Positions 1-9,621 of a stretch of 64,000 nucleotides of DNA are shown here, in pieces. Position numbers and translations under genes: made by a program. A model generated the notes under the pieces. The model was not told the origin of the DNA and did no database searches. It saw only the letters and a program-made list of their open reading frames with translations. The stretch spans positions 54,269 through 118,268 of IMG/VR virus record IMGVR_UViG_3300042882_001046; one strand, written 5' to 3'. The DNA comes from a virus. The first letter of the stretch is position 1, and each line of letters opens with the position of its first letter.

Positions 1-360
1 TTTATTGACGAAATTTCAAAAATAGAAGAACAAATTAAATCAAACACAGGTGAAAGCGGAAAAATTATGAGAGCCCTATTGGTTAAATTAACGGCAGGTA
101 AATTAATTAGACCTCACGTTGATACCGTAGGGTTTAGTTTAGTTGTTTGTAGAAGAATCCATATTCCAATTCAAACTAATGATGAATGTTTCTTTACTGT
201 CGGTGATGATAAAAGAAATTTAAAGATTGGTGAAATGTGGGAAATCAACAACGACAAAAAAATGCACTCGGTTGAAAATTTTGGAAGTACTGACAGAATA
301 CATTTGATTGTAGATTGGGTTGAGGAATCATTATTTGAAAAATATGATAGACAAAACTAA
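1..360 (+). CDS. Asp/Asn beta-hydroxylase-like 2OG-Fe(II) oxygenase, 5'-partial
   Basis: Frame open from base 1; motifs IRPHVD, RIHIPIQTN, MHSVENFGSTDRIHLIVD. Confidence 0.8.
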   Translation, partial: FIDEISKIEEQIKSNTGESGKIMRALLVKLTAGKLIRPHVDTVGFSLVVCRRIHIPIQTNDECFFTVGDDKRNLKIGEMWEINNDKKMHSVENFGSTDRIHLIVDWVEESLFEKYDRQN

Positions 361-1009
361 AAAACTTATTGTTTTGATGCCGCCCAAAACCGCATCAAAT
401 TCTATACGAGTCTTATTGGAGCAACATGGTTACTTTTTTTCTAAAGACTCTAAAAAAACAAATTACCCCCAAATACATTTAAGGTTAAGTGAAATTGTGG
501 ATTTCTACAATATCAATAATTTAGACGAATATAGAATAATACAAATTACCAGAAACCCATATCATCGGTACGTCTCGTCTTTTTACTTTCAAAAAAAAAT
601 TATCCCTCAAAACTTCTCTGTTAAATTTAAAGATTATACTTTAGAACAATTTTCAAACCATTTATTGGAATCAAAAAAAACAAATAATTTTATTGATAAT
701 TTTTATGGTGATTCGTCATTTGTTAATCACACAATTAATAATGGTATTAGTTGGGGTGGGACCAGATTTTATGATAAACAATTTGATTGGAATGATTTGG
801 GGATGGACGTAAAATATTTTAAGTTAGAAAACATAATTGATGATATAAGTGAATTAGAAAATTTTTTAAATCTACCTATTAAAACTTTACCATTAATAAA
901 TTCACAAGGATTGAATGTTGATTATCTATCTTTAATAACACCAAAAATTCAAGATATTATTATTGAATTATTTGGAGAAGATTTTGATAAACTTAACTAC
1001 TCAAAATAA
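344..1009 (+). CDS. Sulfotransferase family protein
   Basis: PAPS-binding motifs PPKTASNS and RNPYHRYVSSFY; ATG at 344 preferred to the track start at 320. Confidence 0.75.
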   Translation: MIDKTKKLIVLMPPKTASNSIRVLLEQHGYFFSKDSKKTNYPQIHLRLSEIVDFYNINNLDEYRIIQITRNPYHRYVSSFYFQKKIIPQNFSVKFKDYTLEQFSNHLLESKKTNNFIDNFYGDSSFVNHTINNGISWGGTRFYDKQFDWNDLGMDVKYFKLENIIDDISELENFLNLPIKTLPLINSQGLNVDYLSLITPKIQDIIIELFGEDFDKLNYSK

Positions 1010-1010
1010 A

Positions 1011-1034
1011 AAACCCCCGATATGTCGAGGGTTT
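1011..1034. terminator. Probable bidirectional intrinsic terminator
   Basis: AAACCC-CCGA/TCGA-GGGTTT hairpin between convergent genes. Confidence 0.6.
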
Positions 1035-1038
1035 AATT

Positions 1039-1419
1039 TTACTTTTTCAAGTTTTTAATTTGGTCTCTAAGCTCAATTGATTTTTCAAACTCTTGGTTTT
1101 CAATTGACTTCTTTAATTCCAATTCAAGTTTCTCAATAGATTTTTGATTTTTTTCAAAGCCTTTGATTTGGTCTCTAAGTTTAACTGCCGATTCAAAATC
1201 TTCGTTCTCAATTGCTCTTTCAAGTTGATACTTTAAAGATTCTAATCCTCCTGTTTCTTTAGATGAGTCTCCTCCTCTATAATAAGTTGTTACTTTTATT
1301 GTACCATCATCAGATACTCTACTTTGCGATTTCCATTCCCCTTGGGTTAAATCAAAATGAGAGAACATTTCATCAAACGCTCTAAAGATGTCATTGTAGT
1401 TTTTTCTGTTTCCAAACAT
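1039..1419 (-). CDS. Tandem UvrB/UvrC (UVR) motif protein
   Basis: Two copies of the UVR coiled-coil motif: LERAIENEDFESAVKLRDQIK and LKKSIENQEFEKSIELRDQIK. Confidence 0.85.
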   Translation of the reverse strand: MFGNRKNYNDIFRAFDEMFSHFDLTQGEWKSQSRVSDDGTIKVTTYYRGGDSSKETGGLESLKYQLERAIENEDFESAVKLRDQIKGFEKNQKSIEKLELELKKSIENQEFEKSIELRDQIKNLKK

Positions 1420-1491
1420 AATTTTATTTTTTTAATTCAGATTTATTAATTACCTTTGTGGTATTCAAATAATATACCAACTGAATCTTAA

Positions 1492-1535
1492 TGTCAAGAT
1501 GTCAGGTAAAATAATTATAACCTGACAATTTGTCA
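1492..1535. promoter_or_regulatory. Array of TGTCA/TGACA half-sites, possible operator
   Basis: TGTCAGGT(1500-1507)-N12-ACCTGACA(1520-1527); TGACA-ATT-TGTCA (1523-1535); further TGTCA at 1492. Confidence 0.45.
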
Positions 1536-1589
1536 AAAGATTTGGAGAAGTCCAATATTTGATATTACTTTGTAAAAAATTAGAAACAT

Positions 1590-3605
1590 ATGAACGACTT
1601 AATGGACGATGACGACAAAATGATGAGTAAGAAACAGAAATCGACTGGCGACAGTACGACTCCTGTGTTAGACAACTTCAGTCGAGATTTGAATAAACTT
1701 GCTGAGGAAGGTAAATTGGACCCTGTCATTGGACGTGACAGAGAGATTTTGAGAATAGCTCAAATTTTATCTCGTAGAAAAAAGAACAACCCAATCATCG
1801 TTGGTGAACCTGGTTGTGGTAAGACCGCAATTGTGGAAGGTTTGGCGATGAAGATTGTTAGTGGTGAATGTCCACGTAATCTTTTGGATAAACGTTTAGT
1901 CAATCTTGACTTAACTTCTGTTGTTGCTGGTACAAAATACCGTGGACAATTTGAAGAGAGAATGAAGGTAATTATCGAAGAACTTCAAGCAAATCCTAAC
2001 ATCATTGTATTCATTGATGAAATCCATACTCTTGTAGGTTCTGGTAATTCTGCAGGTTCTATGGATGGTTCAAACATTTTTAAACCCGCACTTGCTCGTG
2101 GTGAAGTCCAAGTAATTGGTGCCACCACATTGGATGAGTTCCGTAAGAATATTGAAAAAGACGGAGCGTTAGAACGTAGGTTTCAAAAAGTTGTGGTTGA
2201 ACCTTCAACTGTTGTTGAGACAATTCAAATCTTGAAAAACGTTCGCGACAAATATGAGTCTTATCATAAAGTCACGTATTCTGACGAGGTTATTGAAACT
2301 TGTGTTAAGTTGGCAGACCGTTATATCACGGACCGTGAGTTCCCTGATAAAGCATTTGACATCTTAGATGAAGTTGGAGCTCGTATGCAAACAGAACTTA
2401 AAGTTCCTGAAGTTGTTGAAGAGTTAAAACGTAAAGCGGCTGAAATCAAACAACAAAAAATTGATGTTGTTAAGAAACAAAACTACGAACAAGCTGCTCA
2501 GTTAAGAGACAAAGAGAAAAAGGTATTGGATAAATTGGAGGATGAAAAACGTAAGTTTGAAGAACAGATGTCAAAAGACAAACAAAAAGTTACATTAGAG
2601 GATGTGTACGATGTTGTTTCAAACATGACCAAAATTCCTGTAAACAAAATGTCTGTTGATGATACCAAAGCTTTGTTGAACTTGGATAAACACATTGTTG
2701 GTACCGTAATCGGTCAGGACGCCGCTGTTATTAAAGTGGCTAAATCTATCAAAAGAAATAGATTGGGTATTAAAGACCCGAACCGTCCGATTGGTTCATT
2801 TGTGTTCCTTGGTTCAACAGGTGTTGGTAAAACTCACTTGGCAAAACAATTGGCTAAGGAAATGTTTGGTAGCGAAGATTCATTAATTCGTGTGGATATG
2901 TCCGAGTACCAAGAGAAACACACCGTATCTAAATTGGTTGGAGCCCCTCCAGGTTATGTTGGATACGAAGAAGGTGGATTGTTAACTGAAAAAGTTAAAA
3001 ACAAACCATATTCAGTGATTTTATTTGATGAGGTTGAAAAAGCTCACAAAGATGTATTCACAGTATTACTACAAATCTTGGACGATGGTCACGTTACAGA
3101 TAGTTTAGGTAGAAAGATTAACTTCAAAAATACCTTAATTATCTTAACCTCAAACCTTGGGGTTAAAAAATTACAGGACTTTGGAACGGGTATTGGATTC
3201 GGTACAAACTCTTACAGTAATGAAGAGGCAAAAAAAGACATTTTGATGAAAGAGATGAAGAACTTCTTCTCTCCTGAGTTTATCAACCGTATTGACGATA
3301 CTATTGTTTTTAACTCACTTTCTCAAGAAGATATCAAAAAGATTACGGATATCGAACTTAAAAAATTGATGAAACGTCTTGAAGATATGAAGTACAAGAT
3401 TAATTATGACGATAGTTTAGTTGAGTACATTGCAAAAATTGGATATGATGAAAGTTATGGGGCAAGACCTATGAAAAGAGCAATCCAAGACAAAGTGGAG
3501 GACTTACTATCCGAAGAAGTTCTAACCGACAAAATTGTGGAAGGTAAATCTTACGTGATTAAGGTTGAGGACGAAACGGTAAAGGTCGTTAAAAAAGGAC
3601 GATAA
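1590..3605 (+). CDS. clpC: ClpC-type two-AAA+ Clp ATPase lacking the N-terminal Clp_N domain
   Basis: Walker A GEPGCGKT and GSTGVGKT; KYRGQFEER and GAPPGYVG pore loops; UVR-type M domain; IGF tripeptide in GIGFG (ClpP docking). Confidence 0.93.
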   Translation: MNDLMDDDDKMMSKKQKSTGDSTTPVLDNFSRDLNKLAEEGKLDPVIGRDREILRIAQILSRRKKNNPIIVGEPGCGKTAIVEGLAMKIVSGECPRNLLDKRLVNLDLTSVVAGTKYRGQFEERMKVIIEELQANPNIIVFIDEIHTLVGSGNSAGSMDGSNIFKPALARGEVQVIGATTLDEFRKNIEKDGALERRFQKVVVEPSTVVETIQILKNVRDKYESYHKVTYSDEVIETCVKLADRYITDREFPDKAFDILDEVGARMQTELKVPEVVEELKRKAAEIKQQKIDVVKKQNYEQAAQLRDKEKKVLDKLEDEKRKFEEQMSKDKQKVTLEDVYDVVSNMTKIPVNKMSVDDTKALLNLDKHIVGTVIGQDAAVIKVAKSIKRNRLGIKDPNRPIGSFVFLGSTGVGKTHLAKQLAKEMFGSEDSLIRVDMSEYQEKHTVSKLVGAPPGYVGYEEGGLLTEKVKNKPYSVILFDEVEKAHKDVFTVLLQILDDGHVTDSLGRKINFKNTLIILTSNLGVKKLQDFGTGIGFGTNSYSNEEAKKDILMKEMKNFFSPEFINRIDDTIVFNSLSQEDIKKITDIELKKLMKRLEDMKYKINYDDSLVEYIAKIGYDESYGARPMKRAIQDKVEDLLSEEVLTDKIVEGKSYVIKVEDETVKVVKKGR

Positions 3606-3634
3606 TAAAAAGGGGGATTATTCCCCCTTTTTTT
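3606..3634 (+). terminator. Intrinsic terminator
   Basis: AAAAGGGGGA-TTAT-TCCCCCTTTT followed by T-run. Confidence 0.85.
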
Positions 3635-3646
3635 GTATTTATAATC

Positions 3647-4255
3647 ATGAGTAATTTTTCAAAACTATTAGACCATTTTAGACAAAGTTTCCCAGACGAA
3701 TTAAAGTCCAAGGTTGACGTTATTGAAAAATTTGTTGTTAACTATATTAAAAAACACAACATTACAGTTAAGTTTTTAAATTCGTGTGGTACTGGTTTTA
3801 GTGGGGTTAGAACAAGAGACCAAGTAATTATTTGCTCACCAGCAAACATGAGAACTATCGGTGATTTTTTATACACCATATTTCATGAAATTCGGCACGA
3901 ACAACAAGTTAGGGATATAAAAATGGATAACCCACTTACTGATTACGATTTAGAAGATTTTGAAAAATTATATCAGCAATATTGGGAAATGGAGTTGGAT
4001 GCCGACCAGTTTGCAAAAAATATGATTGCTAAATTAGTTATTAAATTAAACATACCCATTTGGTTTGCAAAAGGTCAATTCGGACTATCTTATTATATTG
4101 AACAATATCCTTCTATGTCAAAATCAGTTGAGATGTCTTTGAGGTCAATTGTGTCAACAATTCAACACCTAAAAAAATCGGGGGCCGAGTATGAAGACAT
4201 ACAAGACCACCCGATGGTTAAAAGGTTTATAGATAAGTTAGAAAATTTTATCTAA
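3647..4255 (+). CDS. Hypothetical zincin-like protein
   Basis: HEIRH (HExxH) plus downstream ELDAD; TATTTATA 3 nt before ATG. Confidence 0.55.
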   Translation: MSNFSKLLDHFRQSFPDELKSKVDVIEKFVVNYIKKHNITVKFLNSCGTGFSGVRTRDQVIICSPANMRTIGDFLYTIFHEIRHEQQVRDIKMDNPLTDYDLEDFEKLYQQYWEMELDADQFAKNMIAKLVIKLNIPIWFAKGQFGLSYYIEQYPSMSKSVEMSLRSIVSTIQHLKKSGAEYEDIQDHPMVKRFIDKLENFI

Positions 4256-5101
4256 TTAGAATAACAAATCTCTATTGTTATAACTGTATTGTTTTGCTTC
4301 TTTAAAGTGTAGGGTGTGTCCCAAATCCTGAATCATTTTTCTACCCATTTCAATCCCATTGAACACGTCATCAATAACGACATATTCATTTGGAGTGTGA
4401 TAATCATAATACCCAATCGAGAAGTTAATACAAGAGAAGTCAAATTTACCTCTTAAGGCATAAACGTCAGTATATGGGTGAACCATGTATCTCATATCTT
4501 CATTAACCATTCCTTCGGTTAGGACTTTATCAATTTTTTGGAAGAAGTCTGAATCTCTATCAAACAAAACTTGACCAAAACATTTTTCAGTAATCATCCA
4601 GTTTTCAGGGGCATCAAATTGGATTCCGTATCCAACATTTTCAAAAAACTTTGGGTCGGCAACTCTTGAGCCATGACATCCTGTTTCTTCAGATACAAAA
4701 AATGCTGCTTTTAGATATGGTAATTCTTTTAATAATGTTAAACAAGCAAATACACCACATTTGTCATCACCACCAATACCAGTTGGTTTCCCCTCATTGT
4801 TATAGGCTTTGAGGGATGGTTTTAACACGTCTTGTGCGTTTGGTAACATCATTTCTTTGATGTTAATTGTATCAATATTGTGAACGGTGTCTGTGTGAGA
4901 AATTACACACGGGAAATAAAAATCTTCAGGTAGTTCTGAATTTTCTTGTTTTGTTGCATAGACATTCATTTTGTCATCAACATAATGGTCTATATTGTTT
5001 TCAGTCAACCAATTAACCAAGAATTCCACCATTTGGTGTTCTTGATAGGTTTTTGTGGGTACACTTAAAACTTCTTTTAGAAGTGCTATTTTTTCTGTCA
5101 T
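4256..5101 (-). CDS. M20/M28-family metallopeptidase
   Basis: SHTDTVH, GGDDKCG, SEETG, QFD, YHTPNE metal-binding motifs. Confidence 0.8.
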   Translation of the reverse strand: MTEKIALLKEVLSVPTKTYQEHQMVEFLVNWLTENNIDHYVDDKMNVYATKQENSELPEDFYFPCVISHTDTVHNIDTINIKEMMLPNAQDVLKPSLKAYNNEGKPTGIGGDDKCGVFACLTLLKELPYLKAAFFVSEETGCHGSRVADPKFFENVGYGIQFDAPENWMITEKCFGQVLFDRDSDFFQKIDKVLTEGMVNEDMRYMVHPYTDVYALRGKFDFSCINFSIGYYDYHTPNEYVVIDDVFNGIEMGRKMIQDLGHTLHFKEAKQYSYNNRDLLF

Positions 5102-5121
5102 AGCACAAAGATAAGAATAAT

Positions 5122-6168
5122 TTATATTTCATCCAAATTAAATAATGTTGGTTGATATAATAAATTATAAAAATTATCCTCAGACAATTTAACTTTTTTC
5201 TGTTGGAATCCTTTTTGTAGTATTACCACTACTTTCATACCAGGGTATTCAAATCCTTCGATTTTGAATCTGGTTTCTTTTTTTGGGTCTTTAGGTAGAT
5301 TATAAAATTTGTCTTGTTCAAATTTTTTAGTAATTCTATCAGTCATTTCAGTGAAGTCGTGAACAGTAACTCCGTCTTCTCCTGGACCGTCTTCCAATTT
5401 TTCTAAAATATCATCTAATTTTCTCGAAGTATAATTATTGAAACTTTCTGTGTCAAAATTATCGTCGTTCATATATTGATACGTGTCATCGGCCCAACCT
5501 CCTGGAGATGTTACGTTTCGTATTATATCATCAATCAAATCTTCAAGAGATAAGTGTATTTTATTTTCTTTTAAATACAACATTATCAGGTTAGCAACCG
5601 TGGTTCTGAATCCGTCACCATAAGATTCAAACCCAAGTTGGTCCAAGAATTCATCAAATTCTTTATTAACCGAGTCTCTAGCACTTGTCCGAGCCTCACT
5701 GTTTCTTTCTGATTGATAATCTGAAATTATATCTTCCGTTTCACGTCTAAAGTTAGTTAATAGTTTTTCTGAAAGTTGGTTTCTAAATTGTTCACTGTCA
5801 AAATCTACTTTAATTGGTAGAATTATCTTTGAAATTTGTGCGAGTTTTTCTTTATTATCATCATTCAAATTATAATATAGTCCCCAACCATTCTCAAAAT
5901 CTTCTTTAGCCGAATGCCAATCCATAAATTCGTAATCACTATATGGAGAATTGATTACACGATAGAACCAACTGTCATCATCACTAAGACCCATCGCCTC
6001 TAAAAACTTTTCCTCGTTTTTAAACTCAACGTTAATCTTACTTTGACCTCTGTTCTGTCTATCTTCCCTTACTTCAGTGAATAACTCGTCCGCGTTTTCA
6101 AGTTCGTAAGCATTTATCTTACCTCTAACGTAGTTCCTTAAAGCAATGAATGTGTCTAATACCGCCAT
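5122..6168 (-). CDS. Hypothetical acidic protein
   Basis: 348-aa ORF; TATTTATA 5 nt before ATG. Confidence 0.7.
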   Translation of the reverse strand: MAVLDTFIALRNYVRGKINAYELENADELFTEVREDRQNRGQSKINVEFKNEEKFLEAMGLSDDDSWFYRVINSPYSDYEFMDWHSAKEDFENGWGLYYNLNDDNKEKLAQISKIILPIKVDFDSEQFRNQLSEKLLTNFRRETEDIISDYQSERNSEARTSARDSVNKEFDEFLDQLGFESYGDGFRTTVANLIMLYLKENKIHLSLEDLIDDIIRNVTSPGGWADDTYQYMNDDNFDTESFNNYTSRKLDDILEKLEDGPGEDGVTVHDFTEMTDRITKKFEQDKFYNLPKDPKKETRFKIEGFEYPGMKVVVILQKGFQQKKVKLSEDNFYNLLYQPTLFNLDEI

Positions 6169-6241
6169 ATGAATATAAATACAACTTCCACTTGGATTTA
6201 AACATATTTATACTTACCTTTGTAATGTTCTTTGAAAATAT

Positions 6242-6664
6242 GGGGATGAAATGGTATCGATTGGCATTGTTGGGGATAAGTGGCACGTAGTCAGAATTCA
6301 TCTATGACTTTAATCTATGGTGAAGACAATTAGCTGGCAATACTTTTGCTAAGATGGCGACTTTAGGTTTAACTAGAGAAGCTTCTGTTGTAGCTGCCTA
6401 AGAGGTAGTCACAACCGTTACTCCAACCAAGTTGGTGTAACCTCGGGTCGATTAGGACGTTAACCTAGGAACAGAAGTCCAATATACGGGTCACAGGTCA
6501 GAGCTCGTTTAAAATAATTCTGAGACCAGGTTGTTTGTAAGTTTGGTTCCCACATACATCAAACTTAATATTTCGGAACGTTGAGAAACAACGTTGTACT
6601 AAACGTGTAGTCATTTATTGTCAAAGTGAGCAAGACGCGGGTTCGACTCCCGCCATCTCCACCA
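6242..6664 (+). ncRNA. ssrA: tmRNA
   Basis: Acceptor GGGGATG/CATCTCC with G3:U70, discriminator A and encoded CCA; T-arm GCGGG-TTCGACT-CCCGC; tag ORF 6336-6401 GNTFAKMATLGLTREASVVAA* after UAGCU resume context. Confidence 0.93.
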
Positions 6665-6675
6665 ATTTAAATTTT

Positions 6676-7068
6676 ATGGGAGTAGATTGTAATATATGTA
6701 GCAACAAGTGTTTCGGGGTACCAGGGTACCACGGAAGTTGTTGCACCATAGAGGACCGTGATTATATCATAGGTTCTCATCACGACACCCAAGAATTTAT
6801 TGACTCTCTATCTAATAAATTTGGTAGAGAAGTTTCCTATAATGAAGTGTTTGTTGATTACGAAGAGGGAAAAACTTTATTCCCAAACAAATCAACTTGG
6901 CAAAATCCAAATAGCTATCCCGCACTTCGAGTTGATTTTTACAACCCAAGATTCCCATGTATTTTTTATAACACAAAAATTAAGGCGTGTTCTGTATACG
7001 ACATACGTCCTAAAACCTGTAGAGAATACGAGTGTGATTATTTAAAGGAGCACACAACCAACATTTAA
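6676..7068 (+). CDS. YkgJ-type cysteine cluster (Fe-S/Zn) protein
   Basis: CxxCxxxC...CC then CIFY...CSVYDIRPKTCREYEC. Confidence 0.8.
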   Translation: MGVDCNICSNKCFGVPGYHGSCCTIEDRDYIIGSHHDTQEFIDSLSNKFGREVSYNEVFVDYEEGKTLFPNKSTWQNPNSYPALRVDFYNPRFPCIFYNTKIKACSVYDIRPKTCREYECDYLKEHTTNI

Positions 7069-7143
7069 TAATTTCATAATACATTATTAATACACTTACA
7101 GACATACTTTCATAGTTATTGGGGAACTAATTTAAATAATTTT

Positions 7144-9621
7144 ATGAAGTATTTTCTTTTATTTTTATTGCTACTTCCAACATTAGCAATTGGACAAATA
7201 ACCGTAAACGGTTTAACAAAATCAAAATCCGAAAACATATATTTTTCACATATAAGTTTTAAACACTCAGACGGTGCCACATATTCAACAATTTCAAATG
7301 AAAACGCGGAATATAAATTAAACCTTAAATCTGGTTTATATACAATAAAAGCGTCATACATTGGATATAAAGAATTCACAAAAGAATTAAATGTAACGTC
7401 CGACTTAACCTTTGATATAATATTTGAAGAAACTGAAACTCAGTTGTCAGAAGTTGTTGTAAGGGCGGCTCCACAAAAAGTAACCGAAGCATCAATTGTT
7501 AGGTCAATACGAAATAATAATGTCGTATCCGATGGACTATCAATTGAATTTATTAAGAAAACTCCTGACAGAAACGTTGGTGACGCACTTAAAAGAGTTG
7601 GTGGGGTAACCATCCAAAACGATAAATTTGTATTGGTAAGAGGTTTGGCAGACCGTTATAATTCTGCATTATTAAATAAAACCCCACTACCGTCAACTGA
7701 ACCAGATAAAAGAGCGTTTTCTTTTGACATAATCCCAACTTCTTTAATTGACAACATTATTGTTGCTAAATCATCGTCAGCAAATTTGCCTGGTGATTGG
7801 AGTGGGGGATTAGTTCAAATAACAACAAAAGAAGTTTCTGATAAATTTTTTAATCTGTCATTGGGAAGTGGTTGGGGTTCGGTTTCAACCTTTAGAGATT
7901 TTAAGTTAGTTCAAGCTACCGATTTCCCTTCCACATTCCCTTCAACTTATAGATACCGTATATCATCAAACGGAGATAAAAGGGCGTATACTAAATTAAT
8001 TGGTAATCCATCAGTTGAACAGACTAAATCAACCCCTAATTTAAATGGAGGATTATCATTTGGTCACGCAAATGGAAAATGGAATTCATTATTTAGTTCT
8101 ACAATTAGAAATTCATATACACTAAACAATATTGAAAGAAAAGATTATCAATCATCAACAGAGTTAGCTTATGACTATAAAGATGTTTTATTTACAAAAA
8201 GATTTTCAACAAACAGTTTGTTTAATTTAACTTACTTGGGTGAAAATAGATACAGTTGGAAAACTTTAGTAAACTACCAAATTGAAGATTCATATCTAAA
8301 CCGTAATGGCGATAATTTTGATAACGTTCAGAATGTTTTAACAACGTCTTCGAATCATGTTAACAACGTTGTAATTAGTTCTCAATTTGACGGTAAAATT
8401 AAAACATTAAATTTTAATTTAGGATACAATTATACGTTTAGAGAACAACCAGATTATAGGATTAATCCAATCACAAAATCATTAGGTGTTAACGAACCTT
8501 ACGCAACTGCGTGGAGAGACACATATCGTTTTTGGAGTGTAATGGATGAAAACTCATTTAACGGTAACATAAATAAAGAACTCAATAATATTAAAATTGG
8601 TGGTGGGTACATTAAAAGGTTTAGAGGTTTTAACGCTAGAATATTTCGTTATCTATCAACAGACATGATGGATGAAATAACAAACAACACCGACAGATAT
8701 ACTGCCGATTTTGATTTGGGGTCTCTTTACTCGATGTATGAAAACGAATTTGGTAAATGGAAAATAAATGGTGGAATAAGAGGTGAATATAATTTATTTA
8801 ATGTTCAAACCGCAGATTTTAGTGGTACGGAAGTGAATGTTAACAGAAAATATTTAGACCTTTTACCTTCGTTAAATCTCTCATACAACGAAGAAAAAAC
8901 AAAGTATAGATTCTCAGTAAGTAAAACATTGGCAAGACCTGAATTCAGAGAAGTTGCTAATTTTGCTTATTATGATTTTGTAAGAAATGCTCAAATATTG
9001 GGAAATTCAAAGTTAGAAAAATCTGACATATATAATTTAGACCTTAAATACGAATGGTACCCAAAGACAGGTGAAAACATTTCGGTTTCTTTATTTGGTA
9101 AAAATTTCATTAAACCAATTGAACAAATTGTTGCAGACGGCTCAGTTCCTTCAAATCTTCTTTTAACTTACACAAACCCTAATTCAGCAATCTTATACGG
9201 TATTGAATTTGAAGTTCGTAAAAAGATAAGTGATTGGTTTGATGTTTATACAAATGCTTCGGTAATGAATTCAGAAGTAGAAGTTAATGGTATCAAAAGA
9301 CAATTACAGGGTCAATCAAACTATGTTTTAAACGGAGGAGTAAACATACATAAAAAGAAAAACACCCTTAATTTAACTTATAATAGAGTTGGTGATAGAA
9401 TATCATCTGTAGGGTTTCAGGGGTATCCTGATATATTCGAAAATAGTAGAGATGTATTAGACATTACATTCTTACATAAACTTTCAAAAGGAGAAATAAA
9501 ATTGGCAATAGGTGATGTATTTGCTCAACCATCAATTTATTACCAAAAGGTACAAAACCGAAATCTAATAAAAATAAACAATGAGCAAACAATTTCATTA
9601 ACATTAAATCTAACATTATGA
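7144..9621 (+). CDS. TonB-dependent outer-membrane receptor (Bacteroidota type)
   Basis: Signal peptide, carboxypeptidase-regulatory-like N-domain, plug (VRGLADRYN...FSFDIIPTSLID), barrel motifs LARPEFRE and GNSKLEKSDIYNLDLKYEWY. Confidence 0.9.
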   Translation: MKYFLLFLLLLPTLAIGQITVNGLTKSKSENIYFSHISFKHSDGATYSTISNENAEYKLNLKSGLYTIKASYIGYKEFTKELNVTSDLTFDIIFEETETQLSEVVVRAAPQKVTEASIVRSIRNNNVVSDGLSIEFIKKTPDRNVGDALKRVGGVTIQNDKFVLVRGLADRYNSALLNKTPLPSTEPDKRAFSFDIIPTSLIDNIIVAKSSSANLPGDWSGGLVQITTKEVSDKFFNLSLGSGWGSVSTFRDFKLVQATDFPSTFPSTYRYRISSNGDKRAYTKLIGNPSVEQTKSTPNLNGGLSFGHANGKWNSLFSSTIRNSYTLNNIERKDYQSSTELAYDYKDVLFTKRFSTNSLFNLTYLGENRYSWKTLVNYQIEDSYLNRNGDNFDNVQNVLTTSSNHVNNVVISSQFDGKIKTLNFNLGYNYTFREQPDYRINPITKSLGVNEPYATAWRDTYRFWSVMDENSFNGNINKELNNIKIGGGYIKRFRGFNARIFRYLSTDMMDEITNNTDRYTADFDLGSLYSMYENEFGKWKINGGIRGEYNLFNVQTADFSGTEVNVNRKYLDLLPSLNLSYNEEKTKYRFSVSKTLARPEFREVANFAYYDFVRNAQILGNSKLEKSDIYNLDLKYEWYPKTGENISVSLFGKNFIKPIEQIVADGSVPSNLLLTYTNPNSAILYGIEFEVRKKISDWFDVYTNASVMNSEVEVNGIKRQLQGQSNYVLNGGVNIHKKKNTLNLTYNRVGDRISSVGFQGYPDIFENSRDVLDITFLHKLSKGEIKLAIGDVFAQPSIYYQKVQNRNLIKINNEQTISLTLNLTL

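Noticed and set aside
2925-2934. 10-nt complement of the 21504 sRNA loop motif inside clpC (also near 10615)
   Set aside because: A 10-nt AT-rich match is expected by chance in 64 kb and lies mid-CDS.
7069-7143. Pho-box-like repeats upstream of the TonB-dependent receptor
   Set aside because: TTCAT/TTAAT/TTACA words are present but not on a clean 11-bp period in very AT-rich DNA.
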